A stretch of DNA of 63,823 bases, filler included, from Psammoneis japonica (lineage: Eukaryota), in NCBI GenBank assembly GCA_008632985.1. It is 3 parts of 3 records of this genome, joined end to end, with 100 filler letters (N's around TTAATTAATTAA, not from the genome) between each part and the next. Parts side by side here need not be neighbours in the genome. Positions count along the whole stretch, not along the records: positions 1 to 30,104 come from QPGO01000403.1; 2 more parts are not named here. One strand, 5' to 3'. The notes under the pieces were generated by a model. It had not been told where the DNA came from, did not search any database, and saw only the letters and a program-made list of their open reading frames with translations. Shown in pieces: positions 1 through 11,053 of the stretch. Each line of letters starts with the position of its first letter. The first letter of the stretch is position 1. Position numbers and translations under genes: made by a program.

Positions 1-1260
1 CTGTCGCACTGAGCTGCCGCGGAGAGGAGCAAGCCACAGCATTGATCGCATGTGAGGCTCTTGCCACTCTGCGTACGATGCTGATCAGCTTGGTTCTTGA
101 CAGCACGGAGTTCCTCGACAGGGTGCACGGCATTCTCGAGCATGACGCGCTTCTGTCCTTCAGAGAAGTGGTCACTGGCCGGGATGAGTGCCTCGCACTT
201 GCGCAACTGATCTTGCCAATGAAGGATGAACCCGTGGGTCGGACCTTTCCAAGTGCCATCACCAAGACGTGCGGTGGAGGTGCGTGAGCAGGGTGGAGGA
301 CTCGACAGATGCGCGGTGGAGGCAAGCGCGCATTCAGACAAGGGCGGCAGACGGTCTGTGCATCAGAAGACCCCACATTTTCGCGAATGAGAGCCTTGCC
401 CTTGTCGGTGAGAAGGATGCGTTCGAAGACGGCGAACATGTACTTTTGCTGTTCAGCAAAGAGCAGTTTGTCTTCGGGGCTGGTCGGTTTGTACGACGAG
501 TCCTAGAATGCCTCGACGTCTTGGGCACGGGCTTGTGCCACAAGTGAGGTGTGCCAAGTGTGCCACTGCTTGTCGGATTTGAGAGCCGTGAAAGCGGTGG
601 GATCGCGCTTGATGCCTCACTTGAAGTCTCGCACCGGGTCACGTGCCGCAGCCTCTCCTCAGTTTTAGAGTCATCTTGAAGGAGCACACACACCTGGGTT
701 CAAATCATCAACGGTCCTCGCACCAGGTCGCGTGCCTTGGTCGGGTTGGTGACATGTGGAGGTGCAAGGGGTGAGCTGCCGATGGACAGAGAGGACATGC
801 AGTCCGGGCTGAGGCGGCAGGCAAGGAACTCATCATGCGTGAACAAAGAGGAGTCGTTGGCAACGTCAAGACCTTTGTGTGCTTTGACAATGTACAGGCT
901 GACTAGTGCTGCTAACATGTTCTTATAACCACGGGGCAAAGGGATTGCATTGGCGCCGTTGTCGTGCTCAAGTGAGTCGATTTGGGACGGCATGAACGTG
1001 AACAGTTCCTGATGCGAGTCCGTGCCGTCTTGGGCCAAAGCCAAACGAAGAGGACTCCCAGCACCTTGGGCAAGCACAGTTCCAACAACATGCTCGAAAC
1101 CATCGGTTTGTTGCTGACGAGTGAGAACCATGGCAGACAAAAGTGGTGTCAGGACAATCAATTCTGGTTGGGAAGCGAAGGTAGACTCGAAACTTGGGTG
1201 AGAATGGACTTGACTTGAAATGGACTTGACTTGAAATCTTGAACTATCTTAAAATCAGAA
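1..1260 (-). mobile_element. Ty1/Copia (CoDi-like) LTR retrotransposon, degenerate gag plus 5' leader; runs off the window start
   Basis: Minus strand starts MVLTRQQQ (ATG at ~1131). After frameshifts it reads ...FKRGIKRDP..., EKQKYMFAVFERILLTDKGKALIRE, GFILHWQDQLR, LENAVHPVEELRAVKNQAD and LTCDQCCGLLLSAAAQCD, resembling diatom CoDi Gag. LTR boundary not resolved (probably within 1260-2250). Confidence 0.8.
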
Positions 1261-2252
1261 GTCGCCGGGCTTTGTCATCCCGTTCGTTGTTGAGTGCTAA
1301 ACTTCCTGTCCGGTCCGTAGAGTTGTGCCGGCACGTCCGAACCCGCAGCCAGCGGCGCTTTGGGTTGCTTGCGAGCGGAGTAGCGGGTTGTAAACCCCTG
1401 CAGGTGAGCTGACTAGAGGTGGACAAGACCCCCGAACCGTTCTTGTTTTATGTCGGTTGGATTTCCCGATCAGGCTGGCCAGTTGACGCAGGCGTCAGGC
1501 GCTGTGGACGAACGAACAAACGCGGGAAAGTGCCCTCGCCCCAACGTGGGCTGTAATCACGGCTGCTTGCTCTCACAGTCGTCCTCGTGGACCTAGCAGA
1601 ACTGCAGAGCACCAGCAGTCCGGGGTAGATCAGGTACAATGGACTCGGTGTGCTTGTAGAGTGGCAGCAAAACCGCAGTCCGAAGAGTGGGTACAGGTTC
1701 TTGGCCGTGAAGATATGTATATATATGTGTGTCTTCAGAGACGAAGATCCTTGAATATGTAGGGTTCTTGACCGTTAACCGATGAACAGGTATGTCAAGG
1801 GATGAGGATCAAGGATAGACTTGGATATGACCGTTGAATGTATGTCTTCAGCGATCAAAGGTAGTACAATCAAACCAGATATCCAGCGGTAAGGAGACTT
1901 GACGGTGACGTTAACTTCCTGCCGATGCCCTGGCATTGGATGCGCGTAGACTTGCCGATGTATGTAGAATATATACGGAGGTCCACGTAGAATTGAAATA
2001 GCGTCGTTGGTAAATCAACGACGACGATGGCGGTTGCTCAATGGGTTGACAATGAGCAAGACTGTTAATCTGACAGAAATTGAAGGCAAATGGCAAGAAT
2101 TCAAACAATAACTCCTTACTGCTGTCTAAATAGCAGATGAGTCTCCGCTCAGAGACCGTTACAGGAGCCGAAAGACGTGTAAGTCGGTATAATCGGGCTA
2201 CTGTTATTATTCTTGTGAGCCTTGTGGCTCGAAAGCAAACTACATCGCGCGC

Positions 2253-2560
2253 NNNNNNNNNNNNNNNNNNNNNNNNNNNNNNNNNNNNNNNNNNNNNNNN
2301 NNNNNNNNNNNNNNNNNNNNNNNNNNNNNNNNNNNNNNNNNNNNNNNNNNNNNNNNNNNNNNNNNNNNNNNNNNNNNNNNNNNNNNNNNNNNNNNNNNNN
2401 NNNNNNNNNNNNNNNNNNNNNNNNNNNNNNNNNNNNNNNNNNNNNNNNNNNNNNNNNNNNNNNNNNNNNNNNNNNNNNNNNNNNNNNNNNNNNNNNNNNN
2501 NNNNNNNNNNNNNNNNNNNNNNNNNNNNNNNNNNNNNNNNNNNNNNNNNNNNNNNNNNNN
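2253..2560. other. Assembly gap (N run)
   Basis: Run of N. Confidence 1.
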
Positions 2561-5500
2561 GTGCCCCCCCCCCCGCCCCTTGGCTGCAACAAGAGAACAA
2601 GGCTGGTCCATCCCTGCACTGGCACTGAAGAGCACCAATTTGATCAACCACTGCCTGTGCGTGGTGATCAAATGTCAACCTGTTTTGTCAAGATGCCATC
2701 AATTCCACCCTGCCAAGTTGGTCAACACCCCCCCACCATGCAGAGTTCAAATTCCATCCATCAGTGCAGGCAAAAGTTGGTTCATTTGCACCTGAGATCA
2801 CCACCTCTCATTCACATGACTGCATCAACTGCATGACACCCTCTGCTTTCATTGCATGCAACTGATTCCCAACACAAAAATGTTGGTGTCCTTGTTGAAC
2901 ATGTGTGATTCTGAACAGCTCTTTTTCATGATTTTTCTCACACAGTGAGCAACCTCAAAAACCTCTCATTTCTGGACACACAACATTTTGGCAATGGACA
3001 AATCACCACAAAACAGGCTTCATTGCTTTGTTTTGATTGCCCCAGCCAAGGGCAGTGTGGTTCTCAAGGTGCTGGAATTGGGTGTCTTCAGAATGACAGC
3101 TCATTTTGTGCTGCTGGAAGGGGACCACACATGCTCCAAGCATGATGGCTGGATGCAATTCTTGCGACAACTCTTGCCATGGTGGCAGGACACCTCCCAT
3201 CACAGTGGAAGCAGTGCACACATGCTGTGCAAGGCACTTGATGCTAAAATTTGTGCTGCAGTCTCAAGCAACAAAATCAAGTTAAACCTTTTTGAGCTTC
3301 ACACAGAAGGCCAGCCAGTGCACAGCCAAAGCTGCAAAACCACTCAAAGTCCTTGGCAAGCAGCAGTGGCTGGGCATTTGTGCAACTGGAGGTGCAGCAG
3401 GATCTGCACAGAACCAAAGAAGTCATTCTTGCAGAGCACTGGTGGCTGGCAGGAAGCCCAGGTGCCTCCAACAACTCACAAGGCACCACAACTTCCAACA
3501 TGTCCCAAGGATGGCAATCATCATGGAGATCTTCTGGCAAAAGGATTCTGGGACTGGAGAGCAGACGCCATCACAGATGTGTTTGCACTCTGGATGCAGA
3601 GATGCAAAGTCACACCCATCCAAGATGCCACCAGCCAGAACAAGTTCTGGCAGACCGCAAATGACAGAAACAGTGCAAATGCCTCAAGCCCTGCCTTGAG
3701 CAACATCGCTGCTTCACTCCCTTTGTTGTGTCATGCGATGGGCTGCTCAACAATGAAGCCAAGGCAAGGCAGCGCTGCATGTGATCTCTTCCAAACCCAG
3801 CCGACAAATGGCAAAAGCCACGTTCAAAGGCATGTGGCTGCATCAATGCAAGAATGAGCACTGCTGTGGTGCAGGCGACTCACCTTTGCCTCAGGGGATC
3901 ATGCACCCCTTTGTCCCAGACCAGCTCCAGATGTGTCCCCAGTGGGAGGATGGCACTGGCCTGTCCCTGCACAAACACCAAATGACACCACTTGAGCCGG
4001 ATCACCACTGCCAAGACCAAACATCAACTGCCGACTTGCAGACCATTCCCACACATGGCCCAAAGACAGCCAAAACACCATCGCTGATGTGGCAATGGTG
4101 CCAGACCTCATTTGAATGTCTCTCACAGCACGCAGATGATGAAAAAGATGTGGCTGCGGTTGTGCTTTTGCCATGAAATGGGTGCAGCAGAAGATTCTTC
4201 ATGAAGACTGTGGTCAGTGCAATGCATGCAATCACAATGGGGGCAACAGTGTTGACAAAGAGACAGACATTGGCAAGAGCGTGTTTCAATTCAACAAAGT
4301 TGGATTTGTGTGTGGTGAGCAAGGACATTGTGAGCTGGGCTCTGGAGCACAAATTTGCACTGAAAGAAGAAAAGGATTCAAGTTGTTGCATGTCACAAAA
4401 GAGGGTTGGTTCAAGTTCAATGATGAGAAGCTCATTTTGAAAGGAGAGTTGTTTCATTGTTGTGTCAGTTGTGCAATCATGAGGGCACATTGGATTTCAA
4501 CAGGGGTGCACTGCTGTCATGCAAACAACGGATTGGCAGCTGAGTTGTGCAGTGCCAGATGCAACAAAAAGATAAATGCAGCAGAAACACAAAAAGGAAA
4601 TGTGCAATGGGGAGCTGAGTTGAAGCTCTTCCAAACAAATGAGAGTCAAATGTGAGCAAGATGCCAAGCAACAAAACAAACACTGCAAATCCTTGACACT
4701 GGAAAAATCAATTGTTGTCCTTAAATGGCAACTTTGGCAATGCCCAATTTGCAGCTGAAAATGAGCCAGTGTCAAAGCATTGTTCAGAATCACAGCTGCA
4801 GTGTGACAGCCTTGGCTGATTGCCTTGGCTGATTTTTGAAAAATTGTGACACTTCTTGTGGAGAGTGCAATCACAGTGTAAAAATTTTGATTCTTGTTGA
4901 CAGATCAAGAGGGAGAACATGTGTTTGTGGACAGACATGCCAGCTGGGCAAACTCACATGTTCGGCCCAACAAACTTTTTGGTTTGTTCTGATCTGACAT
5001 TTGGGCAAAAATCCCACTCATTCAGCAACACTCTTCTTGGATTCTTTCCCAAAAAATGTCTGAATTCTGACAGGCAATCAGACTTGAATCTCTGGAGTCC
5101 CAGAAATGCTGTCTTGCACTCATGGGGCCAACAAAATGTTGAGAATGGATGCAAATGCTGCAGCACAACCTTTTGGCACCCAGCAGGCATTGAGATGGGC
5201 AGCTGCATCTTGTCTAAAAGGTTTTGCTGCCCCCCAACATCTGAGCAGCTAAAACAAAAGTGCCCAGCCACCACAGACTGCTGGGGCACTTCAGCCGCAG
5301 TTTGTGGCAAACTCCTGACAAGGCACTCTTGTTGTTTTTGGAGCAGAAAAGAGTCATGGCATTCTCCTGCACATGCTGTGCTTGGCAGCAAGCAACATGA
5401 CAAAAGCCGTCAGAGCACTTCTTGTTGGAGCAGAAATTGATTTAAAAGAGCACAAAGCTGTGCTCAGAGCCTGAGCTGCAAAAATCAGCAGCAAGACTTC

Positions 5501-6200
5501 AAGGACAAGCTTCTGAGTGAGATCACCAAGCAGTCTCATGTGAGCAAAAGAGGGGGTGCCTGCACTGTTCTTGCCAGCAGGGGGCGAGTCAGGGGCAAAC
5601 CACTCACCTGGCTGATTTTGCTCAAGAATGGACACCTTGACAAGAGTGACCTGGCTCTAATGTGGGCACATGTGTGAGCAGGGCAACCATGTTCCCAACA
5701 ACATGTGCCGTTGCCAACTCAGAAACTGAGTCAAGAGAATGTTCCAACAGATTTGCCAGAAGCACTTGACATGGGCATGGGCGTGCCACTTTTGAACAAT
5801 GATGCCATGAACTGCAAAGAGTGCATGATGTTGTGTTTGCTCTTCCTCCAGAGCTTTGACACCTCTGCTGCTGAAACTGCCACCTCCACAGAGGGAGTGC
5901 ATTCACCTGGTCAACAAAGCTTTTTTGTGCACATCTTGAGAGACACATGCACATGACCAAGCTGCAGCTCCACAAGTCCCACATTGCAGTGGACAGTGGG
6001 GTTAAGACAGAGCAGTTGGGACAGAGAGAAAAGGAAGACATGAGACACACAGGCTCATCTCTGGACTGCACCAGAGGTGAAGGCTGCATGAGAGGTTGGG
6101 ATGTCAAGAAATTTGAGAATCCCACAGGCAACAAACAAAATCTTTCCCACTGCAGCACAAATTCACCCGCCATTGTCATCGATTGCGAAAGACATGGGAT
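2561..6200. repeat. Heavily mutated repeat-derived DNA, nearly devoid of TpA and CpG and rich in TpG/CpA
   Basis: TA and CG dinucleotides are almost absent over kilobases. ORFs are Cys/His-rich and end mostly in TGA. Only one sub-fragment could be classified. Confidence 0.75.
3480..3980 (+). mobile_element. 3' fragment of a CRE-like non-LTR retrotransposon (restriction-like endonuclease domain)
   Basis: GDLLAKGFW..DAITDV, then across frameshifts CLEQHRCFTPFVVSCDG, KWQKPRS..INARMSTAVVQATHLCLRGS and PQWEDGTGLSL. This matches the RLE C-terminus of CRE-type elements. Confidence 0.7.
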
Positions 6201-6396
6201 GTAAAACCAGGTTCATTGGCATTAAACATTTCGCATTGAATCACTCTCCATTCAGAATGTGACATGTGTTCCCCACTCTAGATTTCTTCTTTTTCGCGGC
6301 CATGTGAACCGGTGCATGATCGGTGCAAGAAATGCTGTTATCTCGTGGAGAAAACTTGCTCACTGTTGTTTTTCCCTTCATGGTCATCGATGTCCT

Positions 6397-6456
6397 TCTT
6401 TCTCTCTTCCCCTTCTTTCCTCTCTCCTCTCCTCTCCTCTCCTCTCTCCCCCCCCT
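6397..6456. repeat. CT-rich microsatellite ((CTCTC)n-like)
   Basis: tctctcctctcctctcctctcctctctccccccc seen directly. Confidence 0.85.
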
Positions 6457-6998
6457 GGTTTTCATGTATTTATTCATTTCGCCAATAACACAAGAAACTT
6501 GCGGGCAAGAGTGGCCTCTCGAACGCAATGCGGCAATCCATCTCTACAAGAATGAGATTTTATAACCGACAACAATAACTCTAATAAAACCACCTTATCG
6601 CCCTATTCTTCGAAAGCAACACATTCATGGTTTGACAGAGCTAGCACAATATGAAACTTGGTTGATAGCAAAGGGAGGTCTGAGTTCACCACGACAGCAC
6701 ACCATTGTGCGAAACCAGCACTGCGTTACATCACCAGCATACCAATCAACACAACACTTCATTCTCACCCACACACTGTGAGCGGTTGGTGCATGGCACC
6801 CCTAAAAGGAAATGAACACATATTTTACACATAACATCGATCTCTGTCAAGAAGGTAAACAGAAAACACATCATCAATGAGTGAACAGAACGAAAAGAAA
6901 GAAGCAAATACTCGTGGATACCCTTCATTTGATGAAATGCTTTCAAGACTTACCTTGCGAAGCGGCCACTCGGCATCCAGCTACATCCATACCGAGGC

Positions 6999-7277
6999 CT
7001 ATTCTTCGTTCTTGCTGTCTGCCGCGGCTTGCTCTTGCTTCTCTCCAGCCGGGTCTTCCGCCTTGTCGGCAGTATCTTCTTGCTTCTGCGCGAGGCAGCA
7101 GAACAACTTGTCGAAGAGTTCTTTGCCTTTGGATTTGGCATCCTTCGCACCCTCCTTTCCTTTCGCCTCGGCATCAGCAACGGTGTCCTTTCCTTTCTCC
7201 TTCGCATCCTTTGCGGCATCCTTGACGTCCTCGGCGGCCTTCTCGACCGGGTTCGTGGTTGGTTCTTCGGTGGCCAT
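6999..7277 (-). CDS. Small hydrophilic LEA-like protein (92 aa) with a central FCC motif
   Basis: ATG-to-TAG ORF with A/K/D/E-rich amphipathic repeats (KDAAKDAKEKGKD, GAKDAKSKGKE) and GC-rich third positions. Confidence 0.65.
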   Translation of the reverse strand: MATEEPTTNPVEKAAEDVKDAAKDAKEKGKDTVADAEAKGKEGAKDAKSKGKELFDKLFCCLAQKQEDTADKAEDPAGEKQEQAAADSKNEE

Positions 7278-7629
7278 CGTTTAGCTTGGCTTACTCAGGG
7301 AAATTGGAAAATATGTTCTGTTACAACAGGGACTGAAGTCTTGGGAAATGAGAACGTGACAGTGATACCTGATGATGGACGACTTGACACCCAATCAACT
7401 TCGTTTTGTTCTTCGAAAGCCTTTCTCGCGGGACTTCTTTGTGAGCGCGCGCGGGGCAATTAATGCTTTTCAAAGTCGACGAAATAGAGGAATCCGATAA
7501 ATAAAATAATCGAGAGCATATATACAAAAATGTTTTTATCATATTGGGATTGCTTTTACCAATAAAATTTTGCTAATTATGTCTTTGCATAAATTAATAG
7601 ACGTTCAGACATGTGAGTTTGGTTTTGGT

Positions 7630-7662
7630 CCCGCCCGCCCGCCCGCCCGCCCGCCCGCCGCC
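7630..7662. repeat. (CCCG)n tandem run upstream of the plastid-protein gene; G-quadruplex-capable on the minus strand
   Basis: cccgcccgcccgcccgcccgcccgcccgccgcc, ~130 bp before the ATG at 7793. Confidence 0.8.
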
Positions 7663-7792
7663 ACCAGTCCCTCTGACGCAGACACGCACACAACGATTTC
7701 AGCAAAATAACATCAACATCAAGATCCAATCCAACCACCAACTGCAGCCAACATCAACACCTGACACTCCAGACTCAGCCACCGAAGTGCAA

Positions 7793-8399
7793 ATGATACG
7801 TACGCCATTCAAAGTCAGCTTCCTGTCTCTTTGGCTGCTTGTAGCAGCACTCGTTGTTTCATGTTCGTCAGCCTTTGCTCCGGTACGCTCCTCGAACTCG
7901 AACCTCGCACGGCTGGTCAATACACCTTTCCTTTTTCGTCAAGCAACACGGAGCTTTCTTTCGAATGAGGATGAATCAGAAACACCTGAGGAACAAAAGC
8001 CACCTCCCATTATTGAGACAGAACCCGTTTCCACGGGAACTGAGTACCCGATCGATTTACCGTCACCAATTTTATTGGCGACTTCGATGATTTTGGCTAT
8101 TGCGTCGACAGGTGAGTAGCGGGACGAGTGCTTTTCTAATTCAAGAGATTGCAAAGATGATTTTATCTTTTGCTGATTTTTCTGTGATCTTCCCTCATTG
8201 TTTGGTTTCGTTTATTAACAAAATAGGCTCGGTTTTTGAACTTGCTGGAGGCAATCCTCAGTATGGCTTCGAAGTCACTGCATCCGTGGCTGCTATTGGA
8301 ATTCCACTCTGCCTCTTTCTATTTTACGCTGCAATTCTGAAAGGTACAGCAGAAACAGAGGAGGACGATAAGGCCTTTACGAAAAGCGGAAAGTTCTAG
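7793..8399 (+). CDS. Nucleus-encoded plastid-targeted small membrane protein with two TM helices; intron 8112-8226
   Basis: Signal peptide plus SSAFAP (ASAFAP motif) plus transit peptide. A GT..AG intron joins ...LAIAST|GSVFELAGG... in frame; TAG ends at 8399. Confidence 0.85.
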
Positions 8400-8918
8400 A
8401 CAATGCGGAATAGTGTATTTGAATTCGATTCTCGGCCATGTTGGATCCATTGCTGGAACCGCCGAATGCCGACTGAATGATATGACGGATGCCTACCGAT
8501 ACCTTTTGCCAATTGCTCTCGTCTGGTCATCATCATGTTAGCGCGGTCGTCGAAATGCTTAATTTTAGTTCAGCAACGTTGACTCCTCACTCTTCAATTA
8601 TTGGGAAAGTCTTGAGCTACCTCTCAACATACCGTAGTAGTAGCTGCAAAGGCCGTTAAATTTATACATTATGGTACGGCATGTTGAGTGTGATGCATTG
8701 CGCATCTTTGTATTTTAAATTTTGTTTTCCGGTATGCGCATTGTGTGTTGTTCCGATAAATCTGATCCGATGAATCTTGATGAATTTGTACATTTCGATT
8801 CTCTTTTCGCTTGCTGGTTCGAGGGTTTCGTTTCAATTTGTTTGTACATGAGGTGAAATTCCACCGTCTCTCCCCAGTCTATGTGTCTATTTACATTTTG
8901 TGAAGTTTGTCGCCATTA

Positions 8919-10523
8919 TCAGATGTCCCATTCGAATATCCATTTCGACACATCATTTGTGCTCTCTCCGCGCATCGCTTTGAGCGCCCGTTCTGCACTA
9001 CAACGTTGCTGCATCTCGAGCCGTCGGTCTAGGCGAAGTTTGCTGTACTCTTGTAAGGCTGTTGGGATATCTTGACTATCGCGAACAGAAACCGCTAGTG
9101 TAGCAGCATCTTCAAAAGCAAAGCTTGCAGCTGTTCAAAGAGAAAGAGCATTTGTAGTGAGCACAAACGATTTGACGAATACACCCAAGCTCTTTTTGTA
9201 TTGTGCCGGTATCCTACCATGTCCATAAGCGGCGTTTGTCACGGAGCAAGCATCTCCAACGAGTACCACTCTACCGTCGTCAGAAATGAGACGTAATCTG
9301 TCCATTGGAACTTCCTCGGATCGACGAACTACAATGGCATCCGCGTCAGAGTTTGCAACCAACTCCAGCACAAGTTCACGACCTGGTGAGTCCAATCTTC
9401 TTAGCAAAGACATTACATTTTCCTTGACTAGGTCTAAATTTTCGGGATTAGAGGAAAGAAATCGCTCTCCATCTTGATCAGCAATAGATATGGACCAGTA
9501 CGTGTATCGAGAGCCCGCAGGACCGGCGAAGTACGCTACTTGACCACACTTTGTAATGAAAGAATACGTTGTATTAGGCTCACAAGATTCTTCTTCACTC
9601 AGGTCAACTGGCGCCACTGCCTTGACGTTCACTCTTCCCATATCCACCATCTCAGCTCGAGCAATGTTCTTGGAAACTTCTACAGGAAGGCACACGTTGT
9701 TGTGGAGGCAATACCTAAAGATTGAATAAAGCCCGTCTGCTCCGACCAGTAGCGGCGCATACCTTGGAGTTCCTTGAAGATCACAAATCACCTGTCCCTC
9801 TATATCTACTGGAAAAACAACACTTGCTTCATCGAAATGTCGTGATCCATACCCAATAATTTCATCGCCGAAACCAGTGTTTAGGCAATCGGACGGAAGT
9901 TGATTAGCTAGCATTGATCGGAGAACACCCCATCGTATCAGTATCACGGGAAGATCCAAGCCATTGTCCATGGCATTTTGTGATACATTAGAAGAACCGC
10001 TCTGCGTTTGTACAGTGGTGATGTTTTTCTTGATCACAGAGCCGGCTTCAATGACGCGATTCATTAGACCATCGCCACCAATTTCTCGCAGCGCTCGAAG
10101 TCCGTTTGGCCCGACCTGTACCGCAGCCCCAGCATTTTCTAAACAGAATTCCTCTTTAGACAACGATTCAAACACGTGAACATTTGATGCTCCTGAGATC
10201 GATCTCAGAGCTAAAGCTGTAGCGAGACCGGCAAGCCCACCTCCAACGATAACTGTTCCGTCGGCTTGATGATGCGTGGTCTCGATGGTCTCTTGATGCC
10301 TACTCTTTACAGGTTGAGCGTTTCGGATTATTTGTCGGTCGGTCGACAGCAATCTGCGAGTAGACATGAAGAAAGTAAGCGACTGATTCACACTACGGCC
10401 GAAAGTTTTGCCGACGAGAGTGCTAAAGGATTTTCTATGAAGAGTGAGCGATTCTATGCGTCCTCCCAACGTAGCCATCTGAATTACTGCTGCACATGTC
10501 ATTTTGTGATGGCCATTCATCAT
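8919..10523 (-). CDS. FAD-dependent monooxygenase (group A, salicylate hydroxylase/zeaxanthin epoxidase-like); intron 9131-9217; start codon uncertain
   Basis: VIVGGGLAG, LLVGADG and VVLVGDA motifs. The spliced last exon reads YGH|AASFAFEDAATLA...WIFEWDI*. Confidence 0.85.
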
Positions 10524-11053
10524 GATAGACGAGTCACTTACCGGTATGCTGATGATTGGCTTGAAGTTGAAAAGGTGAGTACGTCAGATGGCGTAAGAGA
10601 ACAGAAAGCGAACACTGGATGCGATAAGTACAGAAATCGCCCTCTATTCGGAAAGGGTGTACAGACTGCAATGCTAAAACTAAAATAAATATATTCTTAA
10701 TATATTGAAATGAACGGATATTAAAGTATTAAAAGCATTTCATATACATATTCAGACCTGAGATAAAATGGATTCTCAACAGCCGTTGAACGTGCAACGG
10801 TCGGGTCGTCCCGCGAGAGCCATCCATCCACCATGTCGAGAGAAAAACGGCGACAATGAGAGAACATTCAACACACCGTGCACGACCGAAACCCACTACT
10901 ACTAGAGCATAAGCACCGTATTTACCATCAAAACGATTGATTCAATACTCGACAAGAAACAGAAAGCTCTTCACTGTGCTGAAAAGTTGCTTTCGCCTGT
11001 CCCTCACCTTTATTTCAAATAGGAAGTAATAAAAAGTCCGCAACTCCGTCAGC

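Noticed and set aside
1536..1552. tRNA-Lys-like primer binding site (GCCCCAACGTGGGC)
   Set aside because: It is on the wrong strand for the minus-strand Copia and lacks the TGG start.
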